A stretch of 64,000 bases of DNA, from NCBI GenBank assembly GCA_030390025.1, contig JASTWF010000031.1:1550001-1614000 (forward strand). The letters run 5' to 3'. Source of the stretch: Squalus acanthias. Lineage: Eukaryota. This document shows positions 25,936-38,327 of the stretch, in pieces. The translations under genes were made by a program, and so were the position numbers. The notes under the pieces are model-generated. The model saw nothing but the letters and a program-made list of their open reading frames with translations. It did not search any database and was not told the DNA's origin. Each line of letters starts with the position of its first letter. Position 1 is the first letter of the stretch.

Positions 25936-26378
25936 AGCAATTCAGGAGACTATAAATGTGGGTTGACAACTGCATCACCTCAAGACCTTTTAAAACATAT
26001 CTGTGCACCAAAACATTCCTCTATTTTCTTTACGCTTGATAGTTTGTGAAAATACATTAATTGTACTTTAGACAAGAATTTATGAATATTGGAACTATTG
26101 TGAAGAATCCTAATCTCAGCTGTGATATTGTGGGTTTCCCCACATGGAGAAATGGAAAACAAAAGGGAATGGTCTCCAGGCCACAGTGAGATACTTCCTA
26201 ATGAGTAGCTACAGAGCAGCACTGACAGAGCTCTTGCATCGAGTTACCTATCTATCCTCTAATGAGGCCTGAGCGGGCAAAAATAAAGAAATACCTCTTT
26301 AAAAAAAACACACAGCTGTTGAGATTAGTTTTAATTTATCTTTAGAGGTTTAGCTTAATGCCTGTTACTATTTTCCAG

Positions 26379-26585
26379 ATTTTTGCCAATGAAGTAAATT
26401 CTCATCGTGACCAAATCATTGACCTGGATAAAACTGGAAATCAGCTGAAGTTCCTCAGCCAGAAACAGGATGTGGTTCTGATAAAGAACCTTCTCTTCAG
26501 TGTGCAATCACGCTGGGAGAAAGTGGTACAGCGCTCTGTCGAGAGAGGAAGAGCCCTTGACGATGCCAGGAAACGTGCAAAGCAG
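26379..26585 (+). CDS. MACF1: MACF1 exon 18: [10 protein letters not shown]...RKRAKQ
   Basis: tccag|ATT ... CAG|gtatgc; 207 nt. Confidence 0.93.
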
Positions 26586-29338
26586 GTATGCAGAATCAAA
26601 GTGAATATGTGCAGACTGGATTTTTACCAAAAGCACACCTCTGGGAAGATTTGTTGCTTAACTAGTTAAAGACCAAATGAGAAGAGTAAACTTTTTCTGT
26701 AATCAATAGCTGATTAATCACATCGTTCAAAGTTTATATTCTGTTGTCTTCTCCAAAACCCTTACATGCTCACAGGTCCAAATGAAGCTCACTGAGCTAG
26801 CCATTTTAGTTTTCAGCTCACACACTGTGCAGCAAACATTAATATGACTCTAATAAAGCTACCCAGGTACCAGAAGTATCTTGATTACTGTAATAGCTAC
26901 TAAGTTTTTTTAGAAAAATGTTTTAAAAGCTTTAATTTGGCCCAGTCTTTTTTTTTTCCCTTTTCTTATCCCTCTTTTCTCCCATTTGGTTTCTTTCATA
27001 TTTACTACTTCAATCTGTCGTTTATTTTTGAACTCTTTTAAGTCTCAATATCTTCTCCCGTTTTCCCTCCATCCTCCTTCTTGAAATCTAGCTCTGGAGT
27101 CCCTGTTTAAATATTACACTGCCCTAAACACCAGTTTAACCCCAGAATTTGACTTGTCGTATCACTGCACTTTTCAAGTCAAACTATTACATCAAAATAA
27201 GTGGGAATTTGGAACTTCAAATTGGTTGAACTAAATTCATTTATTCCACAGGCAGAAACAAATGACCTCATCTGTATGGCCATAGGGTTAAAAATAACAA
27301 AACACTTGAAACTTTCTTATTTCAGTAATACTACTAAGAAATGTTTTTAAAGGTTCCACAAAAGCAGTTTAATCCACTGATGTATTTTAATAAATTCCTT
27401 CGGTGTCCTTTTAGCTTTGCTCCCAGTATCTGCAGTAGAGATGACTATATGGTTTTTCTTCCTCCTTAGCTAAAATATGGGTTCATTTTCCATGTTTATT
27501 CCTTTGGTATTTTAAGTCATGATCAACAAACTGCTGCTCCAATGTGACTAGTTTTTCAGCAATTATGCCAACCTAGGAACCAAGCAAAAACAGGTCAATA
27601 GTTTCAAAAAAAGCTGACACAGCCCCCAGTAGCCTACACCCCAAGAACAGCCCTGATTACAAGTAGAACCAAATAATTATACAGAATTGTAACTTAAGTT
27701 GTAGGTATACCGAACATTCCTTCATTTATATTAGAAGGAAAAATAACATATATGCTAAAGCTAGAAGAAGAAATACAGTTGTTGAAGGCAAAAAATTAGT
27801 GATGCAATTTGAAAGGGGTCTGTAGGTTTGCTGGAGAACCATGCTTTCCTGGAAACAATTGCATTTTTACATTAACGGTGATGCATTCTGGTTAATTTAC
27901 ACTTTTATTTTATATTTAAAAATTGTAAAGTGACATTTGGACATTGAACATACTGCCAGACCATCACTTCCAAAAGTTGCATCAACATTCTCCCACATCC
28001 AACCCACCACACAGTGGTACTCCACCCACTTCAGATGCAGTTCACAGAGACTGTACCCCATTCAACTTCCCAGCCTCTCACAGACATACACTCTCCTTCT
28101 CAAACTCCCCCAGTTCATACTGACATCCTTCTCCCTTTCTCTCCTCTATTCAACCTAGCACTCTTCTCTACCCCCACTCAATTCAACCGTGGCACATTGC
28201 TCCCACCCATTTCCCCTCTCAGTTAATGCAATTTCTTTCCTCAAAGCACCAGTGTCTCCTGAGTCCTCCTGCAGAGTGCTTCCAGCCACTGCATACAGTA
28301 AGGCTGGAACACCTAGTCTCACAAGAATTCATATCCACAATGTGCAGTACTGGGAATCACTTCATAGCAGGACTTGGGAAAGGAGGTTCAGCCTGCATTG
28401 ATTTTTGTCAGCGAACGCTGTCCCCAGAACGCTAGCTGTTAGCGTGAAATGTTGAAAGTTGGCATATATGAGAGAAATGCCTTCAAAAATAGCCAAGACC
28501 TAATTCTGACTCAAAATTGTAGAAAGTTATCATATTAGCAGAAAGCAAAGCTCAATACGATACAGGATATTCTCACGTGCTGTTTGATGATTGGAATACA
28601 AATTAATTTACTTGATGTACCCAAAATGCACCATCACAAAAGATGTATGTCTTTGCTCCCATATGATCTTCCTTAAGTGGGGGAGGGAGGAGACTATTTC
28701 ACCCTGCAAAGCTCTCCAGCAGTCCTGTCAGTACCACTTCTTAATACACTCTTGGAAATATCCTTGACGGCACTCGGCTTATGGTAAAATTTCCCTTGCT
28801 CCCTAGGTTATCTCGGCTAAGACTGGTATAAATTCTGCACTGGAGTAAGGCAGAGTGCCAGAATCAGTCAAAATTATGATTTCTAGTTTGGAGTTCTTTG
28901 CTCAAAACAATTTGTTTGAAATTATTTTTGTTGGCACTTAATACTTTGAGGAATATTTACTGTGTCATTTTCAAATACTGATATGCACTGAACCATTAAT
29001 AGTGATAAATCACTTCAGCATATTTTTATTTCTTTACTCAATTTGAGATGTGTCTGGAACTGAAAATAACCATTCCAAAATAAAGAGCAACTTAAGTGCA
29101 AATATTGAAGCGTACTTTCCCCCATTAGTTTTCTGCCAATTTTCTTTCCGCTTTTAGTTTTTGAAATAATTTAATTTACACAGCTCCATGGGATCCTTGT
29201 ATCCGTCTGTTTTAATGGTGCAAACACTTTGTGATGATGCAGGCAAGTGGGTTCTACTGCAGTTTCTTGACTAAAATGTATATTTTGATTTTGATCCAAG
29301 TGAGTTTAATTCAGAGTATTGTGTTTTTATAACCTCAG

Positions 29339-29458
29339 TTCTATGAAGCCTGGAAAAAGTTGATTGACTGGCTGGAGGAGGCAGAAAACAATCTGGACAC
29401 TGATCTTGAAATTTCCAATGATCCAGATAAAATCAAATTGCAGCTTACAAAGCACAAG
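29339..29458 (+). CDS. MACF1: MACF1 exon 19: [10 protein letters not shown]...LTKHK
   Basis: ctcag|TTC ... AAG|gtaaga; 120 nt. Confidence 0.93.
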
Positions 29459-30187
29459 GTAAGAAATCTGATGCTCCATTCCATAAAATTGGATCTGATT
29501 CTTTTAAGGTTCAAAGCGCAACCTACATTGATTTTTTTTTTCCTTCCTCCCGAATGTTCCCCTTGCCTACCCTCTGCTGAGGATGGTGACTCTTGCTGGT
29601 GTACTTTTCCACGGGCAGCTTCAGCTCTCCAATGCCTTAACTAAGTGACCAGGAGGGAGAGAGAAAACAGGGAACTACAGGCCAGTTAGCCTGACATCAT
29701 TCGTCAGGAAAATGCTGGAATCCATTGTTAAGGAAGTGGTATCAGGGCACTTAGAAAATCATAACATGATTAGGCAGTGTCAACATGGTTTTATGAAAGG
29801 GCAAATCGTGTTTGACAAATTTATTAGAGTTTTTTGATGATGTAACTAGCAGGGTAGATAAAGGGGGACCAGTGGATGTAGTATATTTGGATTTCCAAAA
29901 AGCATTCGATAAGGGACCACATAAAAGGTTATTACACAAGATGAGGGCTCATGGGGTTGGGGGTAATATAGTGGCATGGATAGAGGATTGGTTAACAGAC
30001 AGCAAACAGAGAGTAGGGATAAAGGGATCTTTTTCAGGCTGTAACTAGTGGGGTGCTGCAAGGATCAGTGCTGGGGTCTCAGCTATTTACAATCTATATT
30101 GATGACCTAGATGAAGGGACCGAGTATAATGTATCCAATTTGCTGACGATACAAATGTGGGACAGTAAGCTGTGAGGAGAACACATA

Positions 30188-31061
30188 GGCCGCAATTTTT
30201 TCATTGTAGGTGGGTTGGGTGCGGGTCAGGTGGTTTCCGGCTTCCAGTCCCGCCCCCAACTGCATCCGGCCCACAGACGTGATTTTAAGTTGATTGACCT
30301 TGTTAAGCCCGCCCTGCGGGCTTGCCGGCCAATTAAGAGGAAGCCGGTCAGATTACGTCATTTGATGACGCGTCATTTGCCAGTTTTCTTTAAGGGACCA
30401 AGCACAATTTTTTTTTTGACCGGATTTCTCAGTGTTTGACAGCATTGAGGTGCTGCAAACACTGACAATCACTGTACAAAGGTGAGCTCTTGTACCCAAG
30501 CTCTCCAATGACTCCTCCATAGGCTGGAATAGATGGCAGCTGCAGGTGAGGTGACAGAAGCGATCTGTCACTGGTGAGAAAGGTTCTCCCAGTGAGGTGG
30601 CACTGGACATGGATTTCAAAACTTGTTTCCTAAAGAAATGTGTAAATGCATTAAAAATGAATTTCCCAACATTTTCTTACCTCTGAGACTCACCAGTGCA
30701 CCATTGGATCCTTCACACCACTTCTGCAGCTGTCATCAATCCAGAAACATTACAGCAGACTCACAACACACCACACTTAGCTGGTTTGGTGTCCAGACGT
30801 CGGGAAACCCGAGGCAGAAGCGGCAAAATGAAAAAATAGCCTGTCAACTACTACCAAATACCTGTTAATAGGCAGGTAATCGGCTTTAATCCTCTTCCCG
30901 CCGCTAGGTGTCGGGTCCAAGCGCAAATCGGGGACCTGACACTTGGGAAAATTGTCTGGAGGTGGGTTGACGGTGGGATCGCAACCCGCCGTCAAGCAAA
31001 ACGATTTTAACCTTTGACCCGCCTCCAAACCCGCCCTCTCAGTGCCGATAAAATCGCGGCC
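30188..31061. mobile_element. PIF/Harbinger-like MITE nested in CR1
   Basis: ATA|GGCCGCAATTTT ... AAAATCGCGGCC|AAA; 11/12 TIR match; CR1 sequence resumes on both sides. Confidence 0.8.
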
Positions 31062-31178
31062 AAAGAATCTACAAAAGGATATAGATAGACTGTGAGTGGA
31101 CAGTAAGGTGGTAGATGAAGTTTAATATAGGGAAATGTGAAGTTATTCACTTTGGTAGGAAGAATAGAAAATCAGAAT

Positions 31179-31916
31179 GGTGGAGAAATTGGGTATCGCC
31201 CCTTTTGAGGTGCTAACTTTTAAAATTTGAAAAAATTAGCATCAGGCACTAATGTTTATCAGCTTTTAAAAAATTCAGGTTTTGAGCTCCAGGAAGGAAG
31301 TGTAGCGCTAAATTAAGCACTCCACTTCCTTCGTGGAGCGCAGCAGGCGGGGCAGGTAGGTGTGCAGCGCAGCTCAGTGGGCCGCGCAGCGCTACCGCGT
31401 TGGAAGGCTGCTTCCCTCCCTTAAAGGGAAGGGCCATCGTTGCAGGCTCCGCAAGAGCAAAACTTACCTGGTCCCCGACGTCAGCCGTGATCCGGCCCAA
31501 TCAGCCCAATGCACTGCAGCAGACTGCTGGGCTGAGCAATCGCTGGCGAAGAAAAATGCAAAAAAAAAGAACATTTCACAACTTATTTCACTTACCTCGG
31601 CCACCTCGCCTTTAAGTATCGCCTCTGAAGCGCCCGGCCTCCCGATGAACGCCACCTGCAGCTGCCGGTGTTTTCACCCGGCGATGCTGCAGGGGGCGGA
31701 ACCGAAGTTCGGATCCGGGGCAATGCGCACGGCAATGACGTCACAATCTCCGGGCGAAGGAGATCGGGGCGCAACGCCATTCCGCCGCCGCAAACCTCCC
31801 GCCGAATATAGCAGGAGTCGATCTTCTCGCCGCACCCAGTCAGTAAGTGCTTAGCGCCCCGTTATCACCCCCCGGAGGTGATAACGGGAGGTGCTAAGGA
31901 GGCCAATTTCTAGGCC
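31179..31916. mobile_element. PIF/Harbinger-like CpG-rich MITE nested in CR1
   Basis: AAT|GGTGGAGAAATTGG ... CCAATTTCTAGGCC|AAT; subterminal 12-bp perfect hairpin at 31858-31888. Confidence 0.8.
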
Positions 31917-34100
31917 AATATTTTTTAAATGGTGAGAAACTTTTAAATGTTGGTGCTCAGAGAGATTTGGGTGTCCTCGTGCAAGAAACACAGAAAGCTA
32001 GCATGCAGGTACAGCAAGCAATAAGGAAGGCAAATGGCATGTTGGCCTTTATTGCAAGGGGGTTGGAGTATAAGAGTAAGGAAGTCTTGCTACAATTGTA
32101 CAGGGCCTTGGTGAGACCACACCTGGAGTACTGTGCACAGTTTTGGTCTCCTTATCTAAGGAAGGATATACTTGCCTTGGAGGCAGTGCAATGAAGGTTC
32201 ACTAGATTGATTCCTGGGATGAGAGGGCTGTCCAATGATGAGAGATTGTGTAGAATGGGCCTATACTCTCTGGAGTTTAGAAGAATGAGAGGTGATCCCA
32301 TTGAAACATACAAGATTCTGAAGGGGATTGACAGGGTAGATGCTGAGAGGTTGTTTCCCCTGGCTAGAGTGTCTAGAACTAGAGGGCATAGTCTCAGGAT
32401 AAGGGGTAGGCCATTTAAGACTGAGATGAGGAGGAATCTTTGGAATTCTCTGCCCCAGAGGGCTGTGGATGCTGAGTCTTTGAGTATATTCAATGCTGAG
32501 ATAGATTTTTGGACTCTAGGGGAATCAAGGGATATGGAGATCGGGCAGGAAAGTGGAGTTGAGGTCCATGATCAGCCATGATCTTATTGAATGGCGGAGC
32601 AGGCTTGAGGGATCATATGGCCTACTCCTGCTCCTATTTCCTATGTTCTTATGTTGTTCTTGTCTAATCCTAGGCAGGTTATTCCACCGTGGGGACCAGC
32701 GCAGCTGAGTCCAATCCTGCTACCTGATGTCTATATTAGAAGGGGTCACTGAGGAACAATCACGAGCAGGATTCCTTGCTAATTTGTTTTTTTAACAACC
32801 TCCTCAGGAATGCTGAGGCCAGTTTTAACTCCCTCAACTCTGTCCTGTTTGAGATTGTCTAATTTAGCTCATGCTAGGGATCTTCTTGGTTTCATGTGGT
32901 TTGGTACCATATCACCCAGTTCAGGCAGTTAAACACAACCAATAAGACTTAATAGCAAGTCGTTCGAATAACAAGTATCTTGCCTCCATGGGTATAGATA
33001 TCTAAATTATATTTTTCCTTTCAATTTCAAAATCATCTGAAAAGACAGCCAATATAACAAAGTAATTAAAACCACCCAGCATGTGGATTGGCAGCAGCCA
33101 TGGCTTTTTTTTCACTTCACAATTTGACTCTCTAGTTTGCCAGAGTTTGTATTAATGGGAATACTATCTAATGCTTAGAGAATTTGGTGTTGGCTAATCC
33201 CACCAGAAAAATGTATGCCATTTAGTCCAAATTATAGTATTTCAATTTATAATGTCTGTTGGAAATGGGAACAGAATGATTCAAATACAAAATAACTAGA
33301 CAACTACATCATCACAAAGTATTTGCCTCCCATTTGCAACTATAAACAAAATAATAGTTGGACATAAAGTGGTCTAGTCTTTACCCATTCATAGTCAATT
33401 AGTGGAAAATCTAGAGTGTCTTTACCCGTGTATGTGGCAGCACTACACTGCATTGTTAACTGAGGTGAGCTTATGTTTGCCGTTTGCTGCTCTGTGGACT
33501 GCAAGTTTTTACACACTTGTTATAGTGGCTCTGGAATTGTATAGTTGACATTTATTCATGTTTTATAAATGTAAAATTTTTGTTTATTGTGTGAACCAGA
33601 AAGATAATGAGTACAAGGTTGGTGCCAACCTGTGGGCATTTTGGTCAGAACTTAATGCAGGCAAAAGGGTTAAATTGCAACTTATTCACACTGCAGCTGC
33701 AACTGTAACTAAATCTGTATAGTAGTTCTGAATGAAAAATTAATCCTGGTTTCTAAACCATGTGGTTAAATAAAACTCTCTGTAAATGAGCAGTTTAAAT
33801 GTTGCCCACAGATGTGCAGCCCTCAAATTAATATTGTTTCGAAGCATTTAGATCCTACAAATACAATGTTGTGAATTCGGTTACAAAAGTTGGAGCCAAA
33901 TCATGTAGAGTATCAAAAGTAAACTGAGTTGAAAAGTCCCAATGGCAATTAAATAAAAATTTTAGGCACCAACACAAAAATGTGGATACTTTAATGACCA
34001 AAACTGGTGATTGCCAAATCGAGATCTGATGTGTTGCTCAGAGACGTACAGTCTGTGTTCTTGTATTTCCAACGTTTGTGCTTTTTTTAAATTAAACTAG

Positions 34101-34270
34101 GACTTCCAAAAAACTCTGGGTGGGAAACAGCCAGTGTATGACACCACAATCCGAATGGGCCGCTCCATGAAAGATAAAGCCTCGCTTGCAGATGACCGTC
34201 AGAAATTGGATAATCTACTGGGAGAAGTGCGAGATAAGTGGGACACTGTCTGTGGCAAATCTGTGGAGAG
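34101..34270 (+). CDS. MACF1: MACF1 exon 20: [10 protein letters not shown]...KSVE(R)
   Basis: actag|GAC ... GAG|gtgagg; 170 nt, phase 0 to 2. Confidence 0.93.
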
Positions 34271-34458
34271 GTGAGGGAGAAAAATTAAGGTTTCAGCGTA
34301 TTGTTGTCTAGGATCAAGTGAGATTTTCTTGCCAAGAAAATGATAAACCAATGCTACATATTTGTGTATTTAATAATGATTAGCTGCTTAAGAACTGACA
34401 AAATTGATCTAATTGGATTTCGAATATGCCTCTGTCACAAGTAAACTGGTTTTAACTT

Positions 34459-34889
34459 AGAAACAGAAAATGCTGGAAATACTCAGTAGGTCAGGCAGCA
34501 TCTGTGGAGAGAGAAACCGAGTTAACGTTTCAGGTCGATGATCTTTCGTCAGAACTGGAAAAGGTTAGAGATGTAACGGATTTTAAGCAGGTGCAGAGGC
34601 AGGGAAAGCGGGAAGGGGAGGAAAGAACAAAAGGGAAGGTCTGTGATAGGATGGAAGGCAGGATAGATTAAATGACAAAAGGGATGATGGTGCAAGGCAA
34701 AAGGAGATGGTAATGGGGCAAGTTAAGAGACAAAAGATGGGTCTGGAAGGGGTGTAAATGGGAATGGCAGAAACATCAACAGCTGCCATGTGAAAAAATA
34801 GGGGCAGAGGTCTGAAATTGTTGAACTCGATGTTGAGTCCAGAAGGCTGTAAAGTGCCTAATCGAAAGATGAGGTGCTGCTCCTCAAGC
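34459..34889 (-). mobile_element. Penelope-like element 3' fragment with TSD
   Basis: Reverse-complement homolog of ~37850-38327; flanked by TTTTAACTT at 34450-34458 and 34890-34898. Confidence 0.8.
34517..34557 (-). ncRNA. Second hammerhead-like motif (antisense Penelope copy)
   Basis: Minus strand reads caguu CUGACGA aagaucaucgaccu GAAA cguuaacuc; one stem II mismatch. Confidence 0.5.
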
Positions 34890-35195
34890 TTTTAACTTGC
34901 TTGCTGTGAAATGGAATAATCTTCTGTATATAGAAATGGAGTGCTTTTCCAATTAGACTAAATATTTATAAGCGTCTCTGTGCAACTTTATTCTGGATAG
35001 ATGATGCACGATATCACATCAGATATTGTAAGCAAAAATAGATTTTATCACTTTTTTAAAACTGGAGGTTATTTGCTGATAAACTATATCCATTTTGTTT
35101 GGCTACAGGCTCTTGTTTCACACCTATAAGCATAATATTTAGAGGGTGTAGCTTTACCAAATACTAAGGATTGTTAATGTTCCGGTCCTTTTTAG

Positions 35196-35355
35196 GCAGC
35201 ACAAGTTGGAGGAGGCCCTTCTGTTTTCAGGACAGTTTACTGATGCACTCCAGGCTCTCGTTGACTGGCTGTACAAGATCGAGCCACAGTTAGCTGAGGA
35301 TCAGCCTGTCCATGGAGACCTAGATCTGGTGATGAACTTGATGGATGCTCACAAG
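35196..35355 (+). CDS. MACF1: MACF1 exon 21: [10 protein letters not shown]...MDAHK
   Basis: tttag|GCAG ... AAG|gtaaag; 160 nt, phase 2 to 0. Confidence 0.93.
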
Positions 35356-35564
35356 GTAAAGTATTTTTGTTAAAGCATTACATTCAGCCTTACATAGCCT
35401 CACTGAAATATTAACAGCTACCAGAAGGTCCTATATGGCTATTGATTTCCATGAACAGTTACAGTTTATAGTTTGCGCTGAAAACTTTATAGAAACATAG
35501 ATTTCTTAAATTCTACTTCATATTAGTAGATTTTACACGCTGAAACATTTCCTTTTTCTTGTAG

Positions 35565-35759
35565 GTTTTCCAGAAAGAACTTGGTAAGCGCACCAGTAGT
35601 GTACAGGTGCTGAAACGGTCAGCTCGTGAATTGATTGAGAACAGTCGTGATGATACAACTTGGGTGAAAGTTCAGCTGCAGGAACTGAGCATACGGTGGG
35701 ACACAGTCTGCAAACTCTCTGTCTCCAAACAGACGCGACTTGAGCAGGCACTTAAGCAG
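35565..35759 (+). CDS. MACF1: MACF1 exon 22: [10 protein letters not shown]...QALKQ
   Basis: tgtag|GTT ... CAG|gtgaga; 195 nt. Confidence 0.93.
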
Positions 35760-36090
35760 GTGAGAACACATTATGGTATTTAATGATATTCAGAATTTGT
35801 TGCAACTTAAAAACTGAGTGTAGGAAGCACGCAGTAACTACCTATTGTTTCAGTTATATTATGGTGCACTCTTTCACACTGCACTGATAACCCTCCCAAT
35901 TTTACAATTGTGTAGTTTATCAGTAGTGGAAATTATGCTACAACCTCTGCAAAAAGATCAATATCAGGACCACCACTTGTAATGCATATCAACTTAAGTT
36001 TATCTGCACTTAGCATGTCACCAGCAAACTGTCCCACAATGCATGATGCATCGCATTATCAATCATTTTCATCTACACTAACTTTGTCTT

Positions 36091-36835
36091 ATAGGAACAT
36101 GGGAATTAGGAGTAGGCCATTCAGTCCCTCGAGCCTGTTCCACCATTCATTCAGATCGTGGCTGATCTGTACCTCAACTACATTTACCTGCCTTTGCTCC
36201 ATATCCTTTGATACCCTTACCTAACAAAAATCTATCAATCCAAGTCTTGAAACTTTCAATTGACTCAGCATCCGCAGCCTTTTAAGGAAGAGAGTTCCAG
36301 ATTTCCACTACCCTTTGTGTGAAAAAATGCTTCCTGATCTCACTCCTGAATGACCTAGCTCTAATTATAAGATTGTGCCCCCTTATTCTGGATTCCGCTA
36401 CCAAAGGAAATAGTTTCACTGTATCTAATCTATCAAATCTCTTCTTTTATCATTTTAAACACCTCAATTAGATCACGCCTCAACCTTCTAAACTCAAGGG
36501 AGTATAAACCAAGTTTATGCAACCTTTCCTCATAATTTAACCCTTTAAGCCCTAGTATAATTCTGGTGAATCTGCATTGCACCCACTCCTGAGGTGTGGT
36601 GCCCAAAACTGAACGCAGTGCTCCAGATGGGTTCTGACCAAGGCTCTGTACAACAGAAGCATAACTTCCTCCCCTCTGTATTCCAGCCACCTTTGAGATA
36701 AAAGCAAGATTCCATTAGCCATTTTGATTACATTTTGTACCTGTGCACTAGCTTTTAGTGATTTGTGTACATGGACATCTAAATCCTTCTGCTCATCTAC
36801 AGTTCCTAGTCTCTCACCATTAAGAAAAGAATTTT
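36091..36835 (-). mobile_element. CR1 LINE 3' fragment
   Basis: Minus ORFs: LYRALVRTHLEHCVQFWAP and NYEERLHKLGLYSLEFRRLRRDLIEVFK. Confidence 0.88.
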
Positions 36836-37169
36836 GATTCATAATTTGGATATGCCCTCAAATGGAATTTGGATGGGAAGGTGGGCAATATGACAAGAAA
36901 TCTATATCAGAATCAATAACTTCTATATGTCATTGTCATGCGCAGTTATGCAGAGCCCATGATCCACAATCCTCCTTTCTCACCACCATTCCAAAGTAAT
37001 GTGAAGGGTCAATTTAATTGAAAGTTAAAATTAGATTTTTTTAAATTTATGTGCGTGAAATGTTTTTAAAGATTAATGCAATTACTGTGTAATTCTAAAG
37101 TTCTACTTTAAATGCCAGAAAAGAACTGATTTATATGATATTAACCACCATTATTGAATTCTGCCACAG

Positions 37170-37298
37170 GCAGAGGAATTCCGCAGTGCTGTCCATGTCC
37201 TCCTAGAGTGGCTTTCTGAGGCGGAACAGTCTCTTCGATTCCGAGGAGTTCTACCAGATGATGTCGAGGCTCTGCAGTCCTTGATAGATTTACACAAG
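37170..37298 (+). CDS. MACF1: MACF1 exon 23: [10 protein letters not shown]...IDLHK
   Basis: cacag|GCA ... AAG|gtgagt; 129 nt. Confidence 0.93.
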
Positions 37299-37494
37299 GT
37301 GAGTTGTCCAGTTGAATGGTGAAGTGAGATTCTTTGTATTAAAAAGTCCGGTGTATTCATAGAAATGGGCTGAATATTAATCCATTGCACCATATTCAAT
37401 ATGAAATATGTGCATTTGACCTTTTGTTTGTCCAAGTTCCATTTTAAAGACAAAAAGTCCAATAGTTTGTTTTTAATCAGACTCTAAAATATTC

Positions 37495-38327
37495 CCCTTC
37501 CCCTTCACCCGGCACCTTCCCGTGCAAGCGCAGGAGATGCAACACCTGCCCTTATACCTCCCCTCTCCCTACTGTCCAGGGCCCCAAACACCCCTTCCAG
37601 GTGAAACAGCGATTTACTTGTACATCCTGCAATTTAGTATACTGTATTCGCTGCTCACGATGTGGTCTCCTCTACATTGGGGAGACCAAACGCAGATTGG
37701 GTGACCGCTTTGCGGAACACCTCCGTTCAGTCCGTAAGGGGGACCCCGAGCTCCCGGTGGCCTGTCACTTTAATTCTCCGCTCCACTCCCACTCTGACCT
37801 CACCGTCCTCGGCCTCTTGCATTGTTCCACGGAAGCTCAGCGTAAGCTGAAGGAACAGCACCTCATCTTTCGTTTAGGCACTCTACAGCCCTCTGGACTC
37901 AACATCGAGTTCAACAATTTCAGATCATAACCTTGGCCCCTATCACATCATATATATATATATTTTTTTCATCCACCCTTTTATTTGGCCTTTTTTTTCC
38001 CTCCCAGAAGCTGGCAGCTGTCCTTCATTCTGCCAGCGCATCTCACACTTCATCTAGCCTCTACCTGTCACATTACCACCTCCTCTTGCCTTGATTATCT
38101 CTTAATGTCTCTTAATCTCTCCTGCTTTCTATCCCACCACTGACCTTGCCTTTTGTTCTTTCATCCTCTCCCCCTTTTCCCAGCATTATACTTGCCTTAA
38201 ATCTATTTCATTTCCTGCTTTTTTCCAGTTCTGACGAAAGGTCTTTGACCTGAAACGTTAACTCTGTTTCTCTCTCCACGGATGCTGCCTGGCCTGCTGA
38301 GTTTTTCCAGCGTTTTCTGTTGTTATT
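37495..38327 (+). mobile_element. Penelope-like retroelement 3' part (GIY-YIG endonuclease + 3' region) with 12-bp TSD
   Basis: ORF 37601..37930 VYCIRCSRCGLLYIGETKRRLGDRFAEH (GIY-YIG); TSD TCTAAAATATTC at 37483-37494 and 38328-38339. Confidence 0.88.
38226..38266 (+). ncRNA. Minimal type I hammerhead ribozyme-like motif in Penelope element
   Basis: caguu CUGACGA a aggucUUUgaccu GAAA cgUU aacucug: both core boxes, stem II, and palindromic AACGUU stem III. Confidence 0.6.

Larger units (their letters stand above)
29651..32655 (+). mobile_element. 5'-truncated CR1 LINE (RT), interrupted by two MITEs
   Basis: RT peptides TNLLEFFDDVT..VDVVYLDFQKAFDK and YRALVRPHLEYCAQFWSP; 3' tail ggcctactcctgctcctatttcctatgttcttatg; carries stops and frameshifts. 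Confidence 0.9.

Noticed and set aside
25632-25940. Repetitive 102-aa minus-strand ORF, or a CRISPR-like array
   Set aside because: Translation of a minisatellite; there are no unique spacers or cas genes, and the context is a eukaryotic intron
27960-28250. C-rich tract pairing with the upstream G-rich minisatellite around exon 18
   Set aside because: Complementarity is only compositional; I see no extended exact inverted match
31249-31854. Overlapping ORFs up to 164 aa in GC-rich DNA (also 39156-39872 and 9775-10279)
   Set aside because: They lie inside MITEs, where high GC content suppresses stop codons; no transposase motifs
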